A DNA stretch of 64,000 nt. Source: Anaerohalosphaeraceae bacterium. GTDB lineage: Bacteria > Planctomycetota > Phycisphaerae > Sedimentisphaerales > UBA12454. This document shows positions 48,056 to 58,054 of the stretch, in pieces. The notes under the pieces are model-generated. The model had not been told where the DNA came from and did not search any database. It saw nothing but the letters and a program-made list of their open reading frames with translations. Location of the stretch: assembly GCA_021108375.1 (NCBI GenBank), contig JAIORA010000047.1, forward strand, positions 102,476 through 166,475, written 5' to 3'. The position numbers and the translations under genes were made by a program. Position 1 is the first letter of the stretch; the number at the start of each line of letters is the position of its first letter.

Positions 48056-48990
48056 TTTCGCTTATCGATTAACGTTTGGCTTGTCAGTTGATTTATAAGT
48101 TTACGATTAGAGCCAATTATATGGCCGATGATACCCAGCGAAAAAAGGTTGAACGAAATCATCAAAAGTACCACACCAAACAGTAATGACTGTATGTGGC
48201 CGGAAGTACCCTGTGTAAAATAAAAGTAAAGGAAACGCAGGCAAGGTATAAGCCCCAAAAGCCCCGTAATAATAGAGGGGTACAGAAATGTCATAAACGG
48301 TTTATATATTACATACGAGCGAATTATCACACAACCTGAACGCCAGATATATCCCGGAATGGATTTAAAAAGCCGAGACTCGCGGGTCTTATCGTTAACA
48401 TCAATCGGGACCGACGCTATACGCATATCCATAGCACCTGCCTGAATAATCGTCTCAAGAGTATAAGTGTAACGATTAAAAACCTGGAGCTGGCTGGCAG
48501 CACGGGCTGAATATGCACGGAAACCGCTGGTGGTATCTGAAACATTTGTGCCGGAAAAACGCCTGACAAAACCACTGCCGAGACGTTGAAGCTTTTTCTT
48601 TATTAAAGAAAAATGCTCAATATTCTCTATCGGTCTTGCGCCAATAACGACATCGGCGGTATTATCAATTATCGGCCTGATAAGGTCTTTGATGTACTCA
48701 GCCTTGTACTGATTGTCGCCGTCAGTGTTGACTATGATGTCGGCCCCAGCCCCAAGGCAGGACTGAATACCCCTCTTAAACGCTGTCGCAAGGCCGTGAT
48801 TTGAGCCTAACTCGACAATGTGATTAACGCCAAGCTCTTTCGCGACATCGACAGTCTTATCGTTGCTGCCGTCATCAATAATCATATATTCAATTTCGTC
48901 AACACCATCAATTTGTCTCGGCAAATCCGCAATAACTGCCGGTAGCGTCTCCTGTTCATTATAGCAAGGTATCTGAATTATCAGTTTCAT
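48052..48990 (-). CDS. GT2 glycosyltransferase with C-terminal TM helices
   Basis: LIIQIPCYNEQETL...IEYMIIDDGSNDKT and a DxD motif (NTDGDNQY). Confidence 0.8.
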   Translation of the reverse strand: MKLIIQIPCYNEQETLPAVIADLPRQIDGVDEIEYMIIDDGSNDKTVDVAKELGVNHIVELGSNHGLATAFKRGIQSCLGAGADIIVNTDGDNQYKAEYIKDLIRPIIDNTADVVIGARPIENIEHFSLIKKKLQRLGSGFVRRFSGTNVSDTTSGFRAYSARAASQLQVFNRYTYTLETIIQAGAMDMRIASVPIDVNDKTRESRLFKSIPGYIWRSGCVIIRSYVIYKPFMTFLYPSIITGLLGLIPCLRFLYFYFTQGTSGHIQSLLFGVVLLMISFNLFSLGIIGHIIGSNRKLINQLTSQTLIDKRK

Positions 48991-48998
48991 AGTTACCC

Positions 48999-51047
48999 TT
49001 ATTTAAAGAATACGCGAACGATGTCGTTGAACGTTATCACAATGAAAAGCGTTCCTATCAAAGCTATGCCGATATATGTTATGACTTCCTGTATCTTGAT
49101 ATTGACTGGCGAGCCTTTTATTTTTTCGATTATCAACAGCACCACCAACCCGCCGTCGAGTATCGGCAACGGCAGGAAATTCATTACCGCAAGACAGGCA
49201 CTTATTATTGCCATAAAGTTGATGTACTGCAAAAATTCCTTCTCGGCAATAATCGTCGAGCTGGTCGTTATAATACCTATCGGCCCCATCAAACCCTTCG
49301 GGCTAATTCGGCCAACAATAAGCCCTTTAATCATCATATAGCTTTGCATTATAAAGCTAACTGTTTTGTCCCAGCCCATTTTTGCCGCCTCAACAGGCCC
49401 AGATGCTTTGTACAATCTTTTAAGCATTTTAAACGGAATATCATAAGTTGTCAGACCTTTCATCTTTATAGACGTTTCAGGCGAGACCGTAAAATCTACT
49501 ATTACAGATTTGCCCTCATTAAGATAGGCCACCTTAACGGTTTTACCTTTTAGATTTTTGAGAGTATCTGCAATATCGAAAAAGTTTGCGACTTTCTTGC
49601 CATCAATGGACTCAATTTCAGCCCCAGCCGGTATCTGCAAATCGTTATTGCCAGCCGTTGAAGCTATTACCGTATGTTCAACATCGACCATTACAAATAC
49701 ACCTACGACACTTCTGTTATCTTCATCGAGTTTTGGCATAACACTAACACCAACGACTTCACCATCACGAAGAACTGCCATTGACATATCTTTGCCAACA
49801 TTAGCTTCGGTCAACTCTCTGAACTGTTTATAATTTGGCAGCAATGTACCTGCAACCTCTATTATGATGTCATTTGCTGCAAGTTTGTCATTTATATCAG
49901 CCGCAACACCGATGATTTTGAGCCTTGGCACTAAGCCGAAAACGTTTGCCGGAACAAAATCGTTGGCATCAGTATATTGGTATGCAGTCTGATATTGCAT
50001 TTCGACATTGCAAATAACAGGTTCGGGACTATCCTTACGCTCAAATGCCAGGGCAAAAGTCGGCGAAAAAATCTCTTTGGTAATTTCATTGTACTGCCAA
50101 AAATGTTCTATCGGCTCATCATTTATGGCTATGAGTCTGTCTCCAGTTTTCAGGCCGGTTTCCTTAAAAAATGTATCATCGCTGAGTTTAGCAATTTCGA
50201 GGGTTGTTGCAGGAGAGATGCCAAATATCCAGGCACCGAATCTCGGTGATTCTTTAACAGGAACGGAAAAATCTTCAATACTGCCGTCTCTGCGTTTAAC
50301 TTTCATAGGAATCAACTGGTCTTTATCGGAGAAAGCACCTGCTGCCATAATGTTAGTAAAATCCAATTTGTCGGATTTGCCATTGATTTCGATTATTTCA
50401 TCGCCAGCTTGTAAACCGGCCTCGGCTGCGGGGAAACCCTCTGTAACGCTGCCGACGACTGCCGGCGGAAAATTGATTCCTGCGGTATATACAATGACAA
50501 AAAGAACAATAGCCAGAATGACATTAAATATAACGCCCGCCGAACCTACACAAACCCTTTTCCATATCGGAACATTTACAAACGAGCGAGGGTCATCGCT
50601 GGGCTTATCGGCTCCGGTATCTTCCTGTCCCAAAAATTTGACAAAACCACCCAGAGGTATAAGGCGAATCTGGTACTCGGTTTCGCCCTCTTTGAATTTG
50701 CCACCTATGGTAAAACACAACAATTCATCACCGGCCTCATCACCATTTTTCAAAAACAGTGTTGGCAAAATGCGAACGCGAAAGCCGTTTGCGCATTTTT
50801 TTATACCAAGAAAGACCGGGCCAAATCCGATAGCGAACGCCTCTACTTTGATACCGCTAAACTTGCCAGCGAGAAAATGCCCCAGCTCGTGTATGAATAT
50901 CACCACACCCAAACCAGCCAGCGACAAAACAATCGCCATGCTTTTTTGAGCGTTATTTGCGACATAATAAGCCAATAACCCAATCACAACAATAAGTGTC
51001 GCGGCATTTATAAAATTCTTCGATTTCACCTGCTTTTTTTCAGACAT
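48999..51047 (-). CDS. rseP: RseP-like site-2 zinc metalloprotease with multiple PDZ domains
   Basis: HELGHFLAGK (HExxH) in TM1. PDZ-like segments (GLQAGDEIIEINGK; GLKTGDRLIAINDE). The C-terminal membrane region carries an LDGG motif. 682 aa. Confidence 0.8.
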   Translation of the reverse strand: MSEKKQVKSKNFINAATLIVVIGLLAYYVANNAQKSMAIVLSLAGLGVVIFIHELGHFLAGKFSGIKVEAFAIGFGPVFLGIKKCANGFRVRILPTLFLKNGDEAGDELLCFTIGGKFKEGETEYQIRLIPLGGFVKFLGQEDTGADKPSDDPRSFVNVPIWKRVCVGSAGVIFNVILAIVLFVIVYTAGINFPPAVVGSVTEGFPAAEAGLQAGDEIIEINGKSDKLDFTNIMAAGAFSDKDQLIPMKVKRRDGSIEDFSVPVKESPRFGAWIFGISPATTLEIAKLSDDTFFKETGLKTGDRLIAINDEPIEHFWQYNEITKEIFSPTFALAFERKDSPEPVICNVEMQYQTAYQYTDANDFVPANVFGLVPRLKIIGVAADINDKLAANDIIIEVAGTLLPNYKQFRELTEANVGKDMSMAVLRDGEVVGVSVMPKLDEDNRSVVGVFVMVDVEHTVIASTAGNNDLQIPAGAEIESIDGKKVANFFDIADTLKNLKGKTVKVAYLNEGKSVIVDFTVSPETSIKMKGLTTYDIPFKMLKRLYKASGPVEAAKMGWDKTVSFIMQSYMMIKGLIVGRISPKGLMGPIGIITTSSTIIAEKEFLQYINFMAIISACLAVMNFLPLPILDGGLVVLLIIEKIKGSPVNIKIQEVITYIGIALIGTLFIVITFNDIVRVFFK

Positions 51048-52186
51048 TCAGTAACCTCTCTTCTTGCCCACGCATCGGCGGCAAGCAATTCTTCTAATGT
51101 TAAATTCTTGTTGATGTTATGTTTACTAAGGCAATGCTCAATAAGGTCGACTATTGTAACAAATTTTATGTTTCCTGCCAGAAATTCTTCCACTGCCATT
51201 TCATTTGCCGCATTGAACACCGCCGCAGCACTTCCGCCTACCCTGCCGACCTCGAAGCCGAGCTTTAAAGCCTTAAATATCTCCATATCAGCCTTTTCAA
51301 AAGTCAGCAAGCCGATTTCCTCCAGTTTTAAGTGCCTGGTAATGCCCCTGACCCGCTTGGGATAGGTCAAAGCATACTGTATCGGCAGACACATATCCGG
51401 GCCTGACAACTGAGCGATAACCGAACCATCGACAAACTCGACCATCGAATGCACTATCGATTCGGGATGAACCAGCACATCGATTTTATCGACCTCAATG
51501 TCGAAAAGCCACTTTGCCTCGATTATTTCGAGAGCCTTGTTCATCATCGTGGCTGAATCAATGCTGATTTTTCTGCCCATATTCCAGGTGGGATGAGCCA
51601 GAGCCTCTGCGATTGTAGCGCCGGCAATAGTTTCAGCGCTTGCACCTCTGAAAGGCCCTCCGCTGGCAGTAAGTATAATTTTGTTAACCTCGTCGCTGTC
51701 GCCGGCGTGGAGCGATTGAAAAATCGCCGAGTGTTCGCTATCTACCGGCAGGATTACCGCTCCGTTCTCTTTGGCCGTTGCCATAAGAAGCTCGCCGGCA
51801 ATTACCAGAGGTTCCTTGTTCGCTATGGCAATAATTTTGCCTGCCTTGGCCGCTTTAAGAATCGCCTCCAGCCCGGCCGAGCCGACTATTGCTCCGATTA
51901 CAATATCAACATCTGCTGAACCAGAAATTTCGGTGAGACTATCCGCACCGCAAAGAATTTCAACATCGCTATCACCGAGATACCCTCTGAATTCATCCAG
52001 CTTTTTCGGATTGGTAAGGCCGACAACTTTCGGCAAAAATTTCCTGACCTGCTCCGCGAAAAGTTTCACATTATTGTGCGCCGTCATACCATAGACCTGG
52101 TAATCTTCGCCGAGAGCTTCCAAAACTCTAAGAGAGTTAGTGCCTATCGAACCTGTTGAACCGAGTATCGCTATTTGTTTTGTCAT
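51026..52186 (-). CDS. dxr: 1-deoxy-D-xylulose 5-phosphate reductoisomerase
   Basis: MTKQIAILGSTGSIGTNSL and a canonical Dxr core. It overlaps the rseP start by 22 nt. Confidence 0.9.
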   Translation of the reverse strand: MTKQIAILGSTGSIGTNSLRVLEALGEDYQVYGMTAHNNVKLFAEQVRKFLPKVVGLTNPKKLDEFRGYLGDSDVEILCGADSLTEISGSADVDIVIGAIVGSAGLEAILKAAKAGKIIAIANKEPLVIAGELLMATAKENGAVILPVDSEHSAIFQSLHAGDSDEVNKIILTASGGPFRGASAETIAGATIAEALAHPTWNMGRKISIDSATMMNKALEIIEAKWLFDIEVDKIDVLVHPESIVHSMVEFVDGSVIAQLSGPDMCLPIQYALTYPKRVRGITRHLKLEEIGLLTFEKADMEIFKALKLGFEVGRVGGSAAAVFNAANEMAVEEFLAGNIKFVTIVDLIEHCLSKHNINKNLTLEELLAADAWARREVTECLKKSR

Positions 52187-52187
52187 A

Positions 52188-53456
52188 TTATACTTTTTTT
52201 CTTCTGTTCATTTCCCTGAACTGTTTTGGCGTAACGCCGACAAGACTCTTGAATATCCGCGTAAAATAACTCTGATTATTATACCCAGAATCGAAACAGG
52301 CTTCGGTACAGTTTTTGTCTGTCGAAATTAGAATCGCCTTAGCGTGCTCAATTCTCACACTCGTCAAATAATCCACCAGCGTTACCCCCATCTGTTCCTT
52401 GAAAATATGACTAAGCCGGGAGACACTCAAATAGGCCGCTTCGGCAATATCAGCAAGGTTTACAGGCTCACGGTAGTTCGCCTCGATATAATCGATTGCC
52501 GGCTTAATCTGAGAAGCTCGGCTGGAATCCTGCGTGGAATAAACGAGTTCTAAAAAGTCGTTAAGGGCGTTATTTATCCAAACGCACAGGTCCGGCTGGT
52601 TATCAATCTGCATAACCTTTGTCATATAATCAAGATTCTTTTCGAGAAGAAAATTTATATCCACTCCTCCCTCAACCGCGCTCCTGCTCAAAACGCTGAG
52701 TAATTCAAGCATTCGTGCCTTGAGCACCGCCAAATCGCCTGGGTCACGCAGCATAATACTGGCGAGAATCATATTCAGCATTTCCTTTGCGCCGATGCGG
52801 TCGCCGATTTTCACTTTTCTGATGAGCTGCTTTTCGCATTCTATCGGATACTGCCCGGCACCAGCGGTAAATTTCTGTTCATATATCAACTCGCTAATTT
52901 CACTTTGCTGTTGCGATTTTTGCCTTCGCCAATGAATAACGTGCGGGTCCAGCTTTGCGGTATCGTAAAGCGTTACGAACAAAAACTCAGCGGCTTCGTG
53001 AACTTTCCTGCCGGAAAAAACAGCGAGCTTATCTATAGTTTCAGCAAGTTTTTTCTTATCTATTCTGACTCCCTTAAGCCGTTTACATATTTCATCCTTG
53101 AGGGCCTCATTAGGCTTTTCCCAAAGGCATTTCCCAAAAAATATACCACCCAGCGGCTCGTCTTTGTCCATTGCCGGCACGCAAACTAAAACGATTCCAG
53201 CGTGACAAATAGATATATAAGACTGGCCTGTTTCAAATGCTATTTCCAGACCGCGTTTTCTTTCCTGCATACATCTTTTGGCACCTGCTGGAGAATTACG
53301 AACCATCCGGCAGAACTCCGGCTCACAATCCTTACTGCAAAAGCCTGAAAATTCTCTGCCAACAGCATCGCAAACGTCCAGTCCAATCGGAAAATTATTC
53401 CGAAAAGTACGCTCAATTTTCAAAAAAGTTTCTTTTGATAAAAACACTTTGGCCAT
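52188..53456 (-). CDS. AraC-family transcriptional regulator with an N-terminal PocR-like sensor domain
   Basis: The Cys-rich N-terminal domain resembles PocR ligand-binding domains. The C-terminal HTH_AraC region reads AEAAYLSVSRLSHIFKEQMGVTLVDYL...GYNNQSYFTRIFKSLVGVTPKQFR. Confidence 0.7.
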   Translation of the reverse strand: MAKVFLSKETFLKIERTFRNNFPIGLDVCDAVGREFSGFCSKDCEPEFCRMVRNSPAGAKRCMQERKRGLEIAFETGQSYISICHAGIVLVCVPAMDKDEPLGGIFFGKCLWEKPNEALKDEICKRLKGVRIDKKKLAETIDKLAVFSGRKVHEAAEFLFVTLYDTAKLDPHVIHWRRQKSQQQSEISELIYEQKFTAGAGQYPIECEKQLIRKVKIGDRIGAKEMLNMILASIMLRDPGDLAVLKARMLELLSVLSRSAVEGGVDINFLLEKNLDYMTKVMQIDNQPDLCVWINNALNDFLELVYSTQDSSRASQIKPAIDYIEANYREPVNLADIAEAAYLSVSRLSHIFKEQMGVTLVDYLTSVRIEHAKAILISTDKNCTEACFDSGYNNQSYFTRIFKSLVGVTPKQFREMNRRKKV

Positions 53457-53730
53457 TAATTTCTTCCAGAATCTTAAAAACAGAAACCCACTGCTGCGGC
53501 GGCACTCTATTCTATCGGCTGTTTGAATAATACAAAATAATTTTTAGCACTATTTTGCTAAAAACAATATAACTACTTTCCAGCAAAACAGTTACACCTT
53601 AATCTTTTTTGCGTACTTCCACGCTTTACTCCTTTTGCCGTAATTTGAACAGGAACAGGCTTTTAATTTTCGTTTTTTCAATTAGAATACAGGCAAGAAT
53701 CAGAGGTTCCCTTAGTTAAAGGACTATATT

Positions 53731-54825
53731 ATGAAACCGGTTTACATCAGTGCTACCGGCCAGGACGGCGGAAAAACAAGCGTTATTTGCGGTCTTATAC
53801 AGCTTCTCAGAGAACAAGGACACAATCCGGGATATATAAAACCTGTCGGCCAGCGGTATGTACAGTATGATGGCAATAACGTTGATGAAGACGCGGTTCT
53901 TACCCATCAGGCCTTTGGCTTTAAGGACAATCCTTCTGATATGAGTCCAATCGCAATAGCAAAGGGCTTTACGGCGGAATTCATTATGAATCCTGACGTT
54001 TCGCCGCTTGAGGAGAAAATTATGGAAAGCTATCAGAAAATTTCCGACAATCACGGAATGGTAATTGTTGAAGGCACCGGCCACGCCGGCGTTGGCAGTT
54101 GTTTTGGACTGTCCAACGCAAGAGTTGCCAAAATGCTTGGTGCCAATGTTATAATCGTGGCCTCTGGCGGAATAGGCAAACCGATAGATGAACTGTCGAT
54201 GTCCCTGGCGTTATTTAAGCAATACAAAGTCAACGTTATCGGCGTAATACTCAACAAGGTTTTCCCAAAAAAACGAGAAAAAATCCTTTCGATTGCTCCA
54301 CGGGGCCTTGGAATGATAAGAACTTCACTGCTGGGAGCCTTGCCTTACGATATTTCGCTTTCAGATTTCAGCGTGGGCAGAATTGCCGAGGAATTCAATT
54401 ATGAAGTTCTCTGCGGCCGCGAGGCACTTGGCAACAGAATCGAAAACACGGTAGTTGCAGCTATGGAGCCGCAACACGTTCTGGATTATATAGAGGAAAA
54501 TACCCTCATAATTACTCCCGGCGACAGAATCGACAACATCCTTTTGACGCTGGCATTGTCGGAATCGAGCGATTTTCACGAAAAACTTTCGAGTTGCGGC
54601 CTAATCCTTACTGGCGGCCTGAAACCTCATACGACTATACATTCTCTCTTAATGAAAAGCTCAATACCGGTACTGACAACGGAAGAGGATACCTTTAAAG
54701 TTACCGCGAAGATGAAAGACCTGCATTTCAAAATTCGCGCCGATGACCCTGAAAAAATCACCAAAACCTATGAGCTTGTCCGCGAAAATATCGATATTGA
54801 GACGATTCTAAGCTCGCTGAAATGA
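53731..54825 (+). CDS. P-loop (BioD/CobQ-like) plus DRTGG domain protein; phosphotransacetylase N-terminal-domain-like
   Basis: ATGQDGGKTSV P-loop at the N-terminus. The C-terminal region has TPGDR...ILTGG, which is DRTGG-like. Confidence 0.5.
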   Translation: MKPVYISATGQDGGKTSVICGLIQLLREQGHNPGYIKPVGQRYVQYDGNNVDEDAVLTHQAFGFKDNPSDMSPIAIAKGFTAEFIMNPDVSPLEEKIMESYQKISDNHGMVIVEGTGHAGVGSCFGLSNARVAKMLGANVIIVASGGIGKPIDELSMSLALFKQYKVNVIGVILNKVFPKKREKILSIAPRGLGMIRTSLLGALPYDISLSDFSVGRIAEEFNYEVLCGREALGNRIENTVVAAMEPQHVLDYIEENTLIITPGDRIDNILLTLALSESSDFHEKLSSCGLILTGGLKPHTTIHSLLMKSSIPVLTTEEDTFKVTAKMKDLHFKIRADDPEKITKTYELVRENIDIETILSSLK

Positions 54826-54915
54826 TAAAAAACGCCCACATTGTGGCAAAAAAACCGTGCAATAGAGATTATTAACCGCTAAAATGGCGATTTCAAAGCA
54901 AAAAGGATTAACACG

Positions 54916-55425
54916 GTGAACGATTTAAATTACGAATACAGGGTCGGCCTTGGCCGCGATATACACAGGCTCATTGAGGACAAGCCCCTTAAATTGGGCG
55001 GGGTTCTAATCGAGTTCGATAAGGGCTTGCTCGCTCACAGCGATGGCGATGTTGCCCTTCACGCGGCGATAGACGCACTACTGGGCGCAGCGGGCTTAGG
55101 AGATATCGGTACGATGTTTCCGGATTCTGACCCGCAATTTATGGGTATCGACAGCAAAAAACTGTTCATCAAGAGCCGCGAATATATCTGCTCAAGGGAC
55201 TGGGAGATAGTGAATTTGGACTTGACGATAACTGCCGAGGCTCCCCGACTTGAACCCCACAAGCCGCAAATGAAACGCTGCATTGCGAGTCTGCTTGGCA
55301 TCGACTTTATGTGCGTAAACGTAAAAGCAAAAACCAATGAGGGATTAGGCGAAGTAGGCCAGGGGTTGGCTATATCAGCGGAGGCCATCTGCCTGTTGAG
55401 AAGAAGAATTAAAAGAAGTCTTTAG
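54916..55425 (+). CDS. ispF: 2-C-methyl-D-erythritol 2,4-cyclodiphosphate synthase
   Basis: YRVGLGRDIHRL...HSDGDVALHA, the canonical IspF motifs. Confidence 0.9.
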   Translation: MNDLNYEYRVGLGRDIHRLIEDKPLKLGGVLIEFDKGLLAHSDGDVALHAAIDALLGAAGLGDIGTMFPDSDPQFMGIDSKKLFIKSREYICSRDWEIVNLDLTITAEAPRLEPHKPQMKRCIASLLGIDFMCVNVKAKTNEGLGEVGQGLAISAEAICLLRRRIKRSL

Positions 55426-55451
55426 ACACGGATTTTAAAAGAGTTAAATAA

Positions 55452-56885
55452 ATGACATTACAATTTTATAACACATTGACGAGGCAGAAAGAAATTTTCA
55501 AACCTATCGAGCCGGGCAAGGTAAAAATTTACAGTTGCGGGCCGACAGTATATTCGCATCCGCATATAGGCAATTTCAGGAGTTTTCTCGTAGCTGACTT
55601 ACTCAAGCGGTTCCTTGTGTTCAAGGGCTTTAAGGTTACGCACATTATGAATATAACTGATGTGGGACACCTCATAGATGATGCCGACGAAGGCGCGGAC
55701 AAGCTTGAAGAGCAGGCAAAAAAACAAAAAAAAGAACCGTTGGAAATTGCGAAGTTTTACGCCGATTCATTTTTCGCCGCCAGCAAGCTGCTCAACATCA
55801 TCCCTGCTGATAGGTATCCAAAAGCGACTGAGCATATAGACGAAATGATAGAAATGGTCAAAATCCTCATCGACAAGAGCTACGCCTACGCCGTTAACGG
55901 CAACGTTTATTACGATGTTACAAAATTCAAAAATTATGGACAGCTTTCCGGCAACACTATCGAAGACCTAAACGCTGGGGCAAGAATTGGCATCAATCCT
56001 GAAAAGAAGAACCCGCAGGACTTTGCATTATGGAAGCACGACGAAAAACACCTCCAGCAATGGGCAAGTCCCTGGGGCAAAGGCTTTCCCGGCTGGCACA
56101 TCGAGTGTTCCGCGATGAGTTCAAAATATCTCGGCGACGAATTCGACATACACACTGGCGGCGAAGACAATATCTTCCCGCATCACGAATGCGAAATCGC
56201 CCAATCCGAGGCCGCAAGCGGTAAAAAGTTTGTCCACTACTGGCTCCACGCACGCTTTTTGCTATTTGATGGCGAAAAAATGTCCAAGTCCAAAGGCAAT
56301 CTCTACACAATTGACGAGCTTATCGAAAAGGGTTTCCGAAAAAATGCTGTTCGATACGCACTCATTTCGTCGCACTATAAACAAAATTATAATTTTACCT
56401 TTGATGGTTTAAGGGCCGCAGAGCAGGCGATAGACAAAATACAGCAATGTGTTTTTCGATTAACCGACCTGGCTGGCAACGCTCCGCAGGGCGAAATTTC
56501 CGAACAATCGCAGAGCCTGGTCAATACTTGTTTGGCAGACTTTGACGAAGCTCTTTCTGACGACCTCAATATTTCTAAGGCACTGGCGGTACTGTTCGAC
56601 TTTATTCGAGAGGCAAACAAAGCCGACGGCATCAATATCGCCGAAGCAAAATTGTTTCTAAAAACAATCGAAAAAATAGATTCTGTTCTCGGCATACTGG
56701 AGACAAAGAAAGAGGATGTACCGGAAGAGATAATCGCGCTGGCAGAAAAAAGAAAACAGGCCAGAGCCGACAAAGACTGGGCCAGAGCCGATTCCGCAAG
56801 AGACGAAATCGCCGCTAAAGGCTGGATACTTGAGGACATACCGGCCGGCGGCTACCGAATAAAACGCCGAGAGGACACCCCGTGA
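55452..56885 (+). CDS. cysS: Cysteinyl-tRNA synthetase
   Basis: YSCGPTVYSHPHIGN (HIGH) and KMSKS present. Confidence 0.9.
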   Translation: MTLQFYNTLTRQKEIFKPIEPGKVKIYSCGPTVYSHPHIGNFRSFLVADLLKRFLVFKGFKVTHIMNITDVGHLIDDADEGADKLEEQAKKQKKEPLEIAKFYADSFFAASKLLNIIPADRYPKATEHIDEMIEMVKILIDKSYAYAVNGNVYYDVTKFKNYGQLSGNTIEDLNAGARIGINPEKKNPQDFALWKHDEKHLQQWASPWGKGFPGWHIECSAMSSKYLGDEFDIHTGGEDNIFPHHECEIAQSEAASGKKFVHYWLHARFLLFDGEKMSKSKGNLYTIDELIEKGFRKNAVRYALISSHYKQNYNFTFDGLRAAEQAIDKIQQCVFRLTDLAGNAPQGEISEQSQSLVNTCLADFDEALSDDLNISKALAVLFDFIREANKADGINIAEAKLFLKTIEKIDSVLGILETKKEDVPEEIIALAEKRKQARADKDWARADSARDEIAAKGWILEDIPAGGYRIKRREDTP

Positions 56886-57367
56886 GAATCCTCGGTATAG
56901 ACCCCGGCCTGCAGTTATGCGGATATGCTGTGATAGAAACCGGCGCGGAAGTTGAGCTAATCGAAGCTGGCGTATTCCGTACTGACTCAAATAAAACGAT
57001 GGGAAAAAGGCTTTTGCAGATAGCGACCGATATGCAGAGCCTGCTGGAAAGGTTCGCCCCTAAAGTCGTTGCTGTCGAGGATTTGTATTCGCATTACGCT
57101 CATCCGAAAACCGCAATCTTGATGGGACACGCAAGAGGTGTTATACTGGCGACAGCTTGCAGGTTTGGAATAGAGGTAAAAAGTTTTGCGGCAACAAAAA
57201 TAAAGAAGTCAATTACAGGTAACGGCAGAGCAACCAAACAGCAGATGCAAAGAACTATCCAGACTTTGCTCGGACTTGCCGAGCTGCCGGAACCTGCTGA
57301 TGTAGCTGATGCGATTTCGGCGGCGATGTGTTGCGGCAACGCCGAAAAATTTATAACTGACAATTAA
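56882..57367 (+). CDS. ruvC: Holliday junction resolvase RuvC
   Basis: MRILGIDPGLQLCGYAV and a canonical RuvC fold. It overlaps the cysS stop. Confidence 0.9.
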   Translation: MRILGIDPGLQLCGYAVIETGAEVELIEAGVFRTDSNKTMGKRLLQIATDMQSLLERFAPKVVAVEDLYSHYAHPKTAILMGHARGVILATACRFGIEVKSFAATKIKKSITGNGRATKQQMQRTIQTLLGLAELPEPADVADAISAAMCCGNAEKFITDN

Positions 57368-57392
57368 TTTAATTCAAAATTTAAAACTAATA

Positions 57393-58025
57393 ATGATAGC
57401 TCAAATTGAAGGAAAACTCGTAAGTCTCTCAGCAGAGACGGCTCTGCTCAAGGTCGGAGCCATCTGTTATGAAGTACTTCTGCCGGGCTATCTGGTTAGC
57501 AGACTGTCGGACAAAATCGATAGCGATATTATTCTGTGTACAATGGAGTATTACGAGGGTACCCCGGGCGGCGGAAATCTAATCCCGCAGATGGTCGGCT
57601 TTCTTTCGCCGCAGGAAAAGGACTTTTTCAAAAAATACACGTCCGTTAAAGGTATTGGAATCAAAAAAGCTCTCAAATCCCTGACCATACCGATAGAAAC
57701 TATTGCCTCGGCGATAGAGTCTGGCGACGAAAAAACTCTTATCGCCCTGCCGGCGGTCGGCAAAAGACTTGCCCAGCACATCGTTGCCGAGCTTAAAGGC
57801 AAATTAACCGGCTTCGCCGTTGGAACTCCGGCTGGCAGCGATTCGCAGGATGCCGAGCTAAAGGGCTATCAGATTGAGGCTATGGAAATTCTAATCGCCT
57901 GGGGCGAAAAACGAAACGAGGTCATTGAACTTATAACAATGGCCTGCAAAAAACATCCGAACACTAAAACCGCTGAGCAGCTTGTTCCGCTGGTTTACAG
58001 AATAAAACAAGGCGTTGAAGCATAA
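57393..58025 (+). CDS. ruvA: Holliday junction branch migration protein RuvA
   Basis: MIAQIEGKL..., HhH motifs (KGIGIKKALK; LPAVGKRLAQHIV), and a C-terminal domain III. Confidence 0.85.
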   Translation: MIAQIEGKLVSLSAETALLKVGAICYEVLLPGYLVSRLSDKIDSDIILCTMEYYEGTPGGGNLIPQMVGFLSPQEKDFFKKYTSVKGIGIKKALKSLTIPIETIASAIESGDEKTLIALPAVGKRLAQHIVAELKGKLTGFAVGTPAGSDSQDAELKGYQIEAMEILIAWGEKRNEVIELITMACKKHPNTKTAEQLVPLVYRIKQGVEA

Positions 58026-58054
58026 CATTTAACGCTCGACGTTCAAGGAACATT

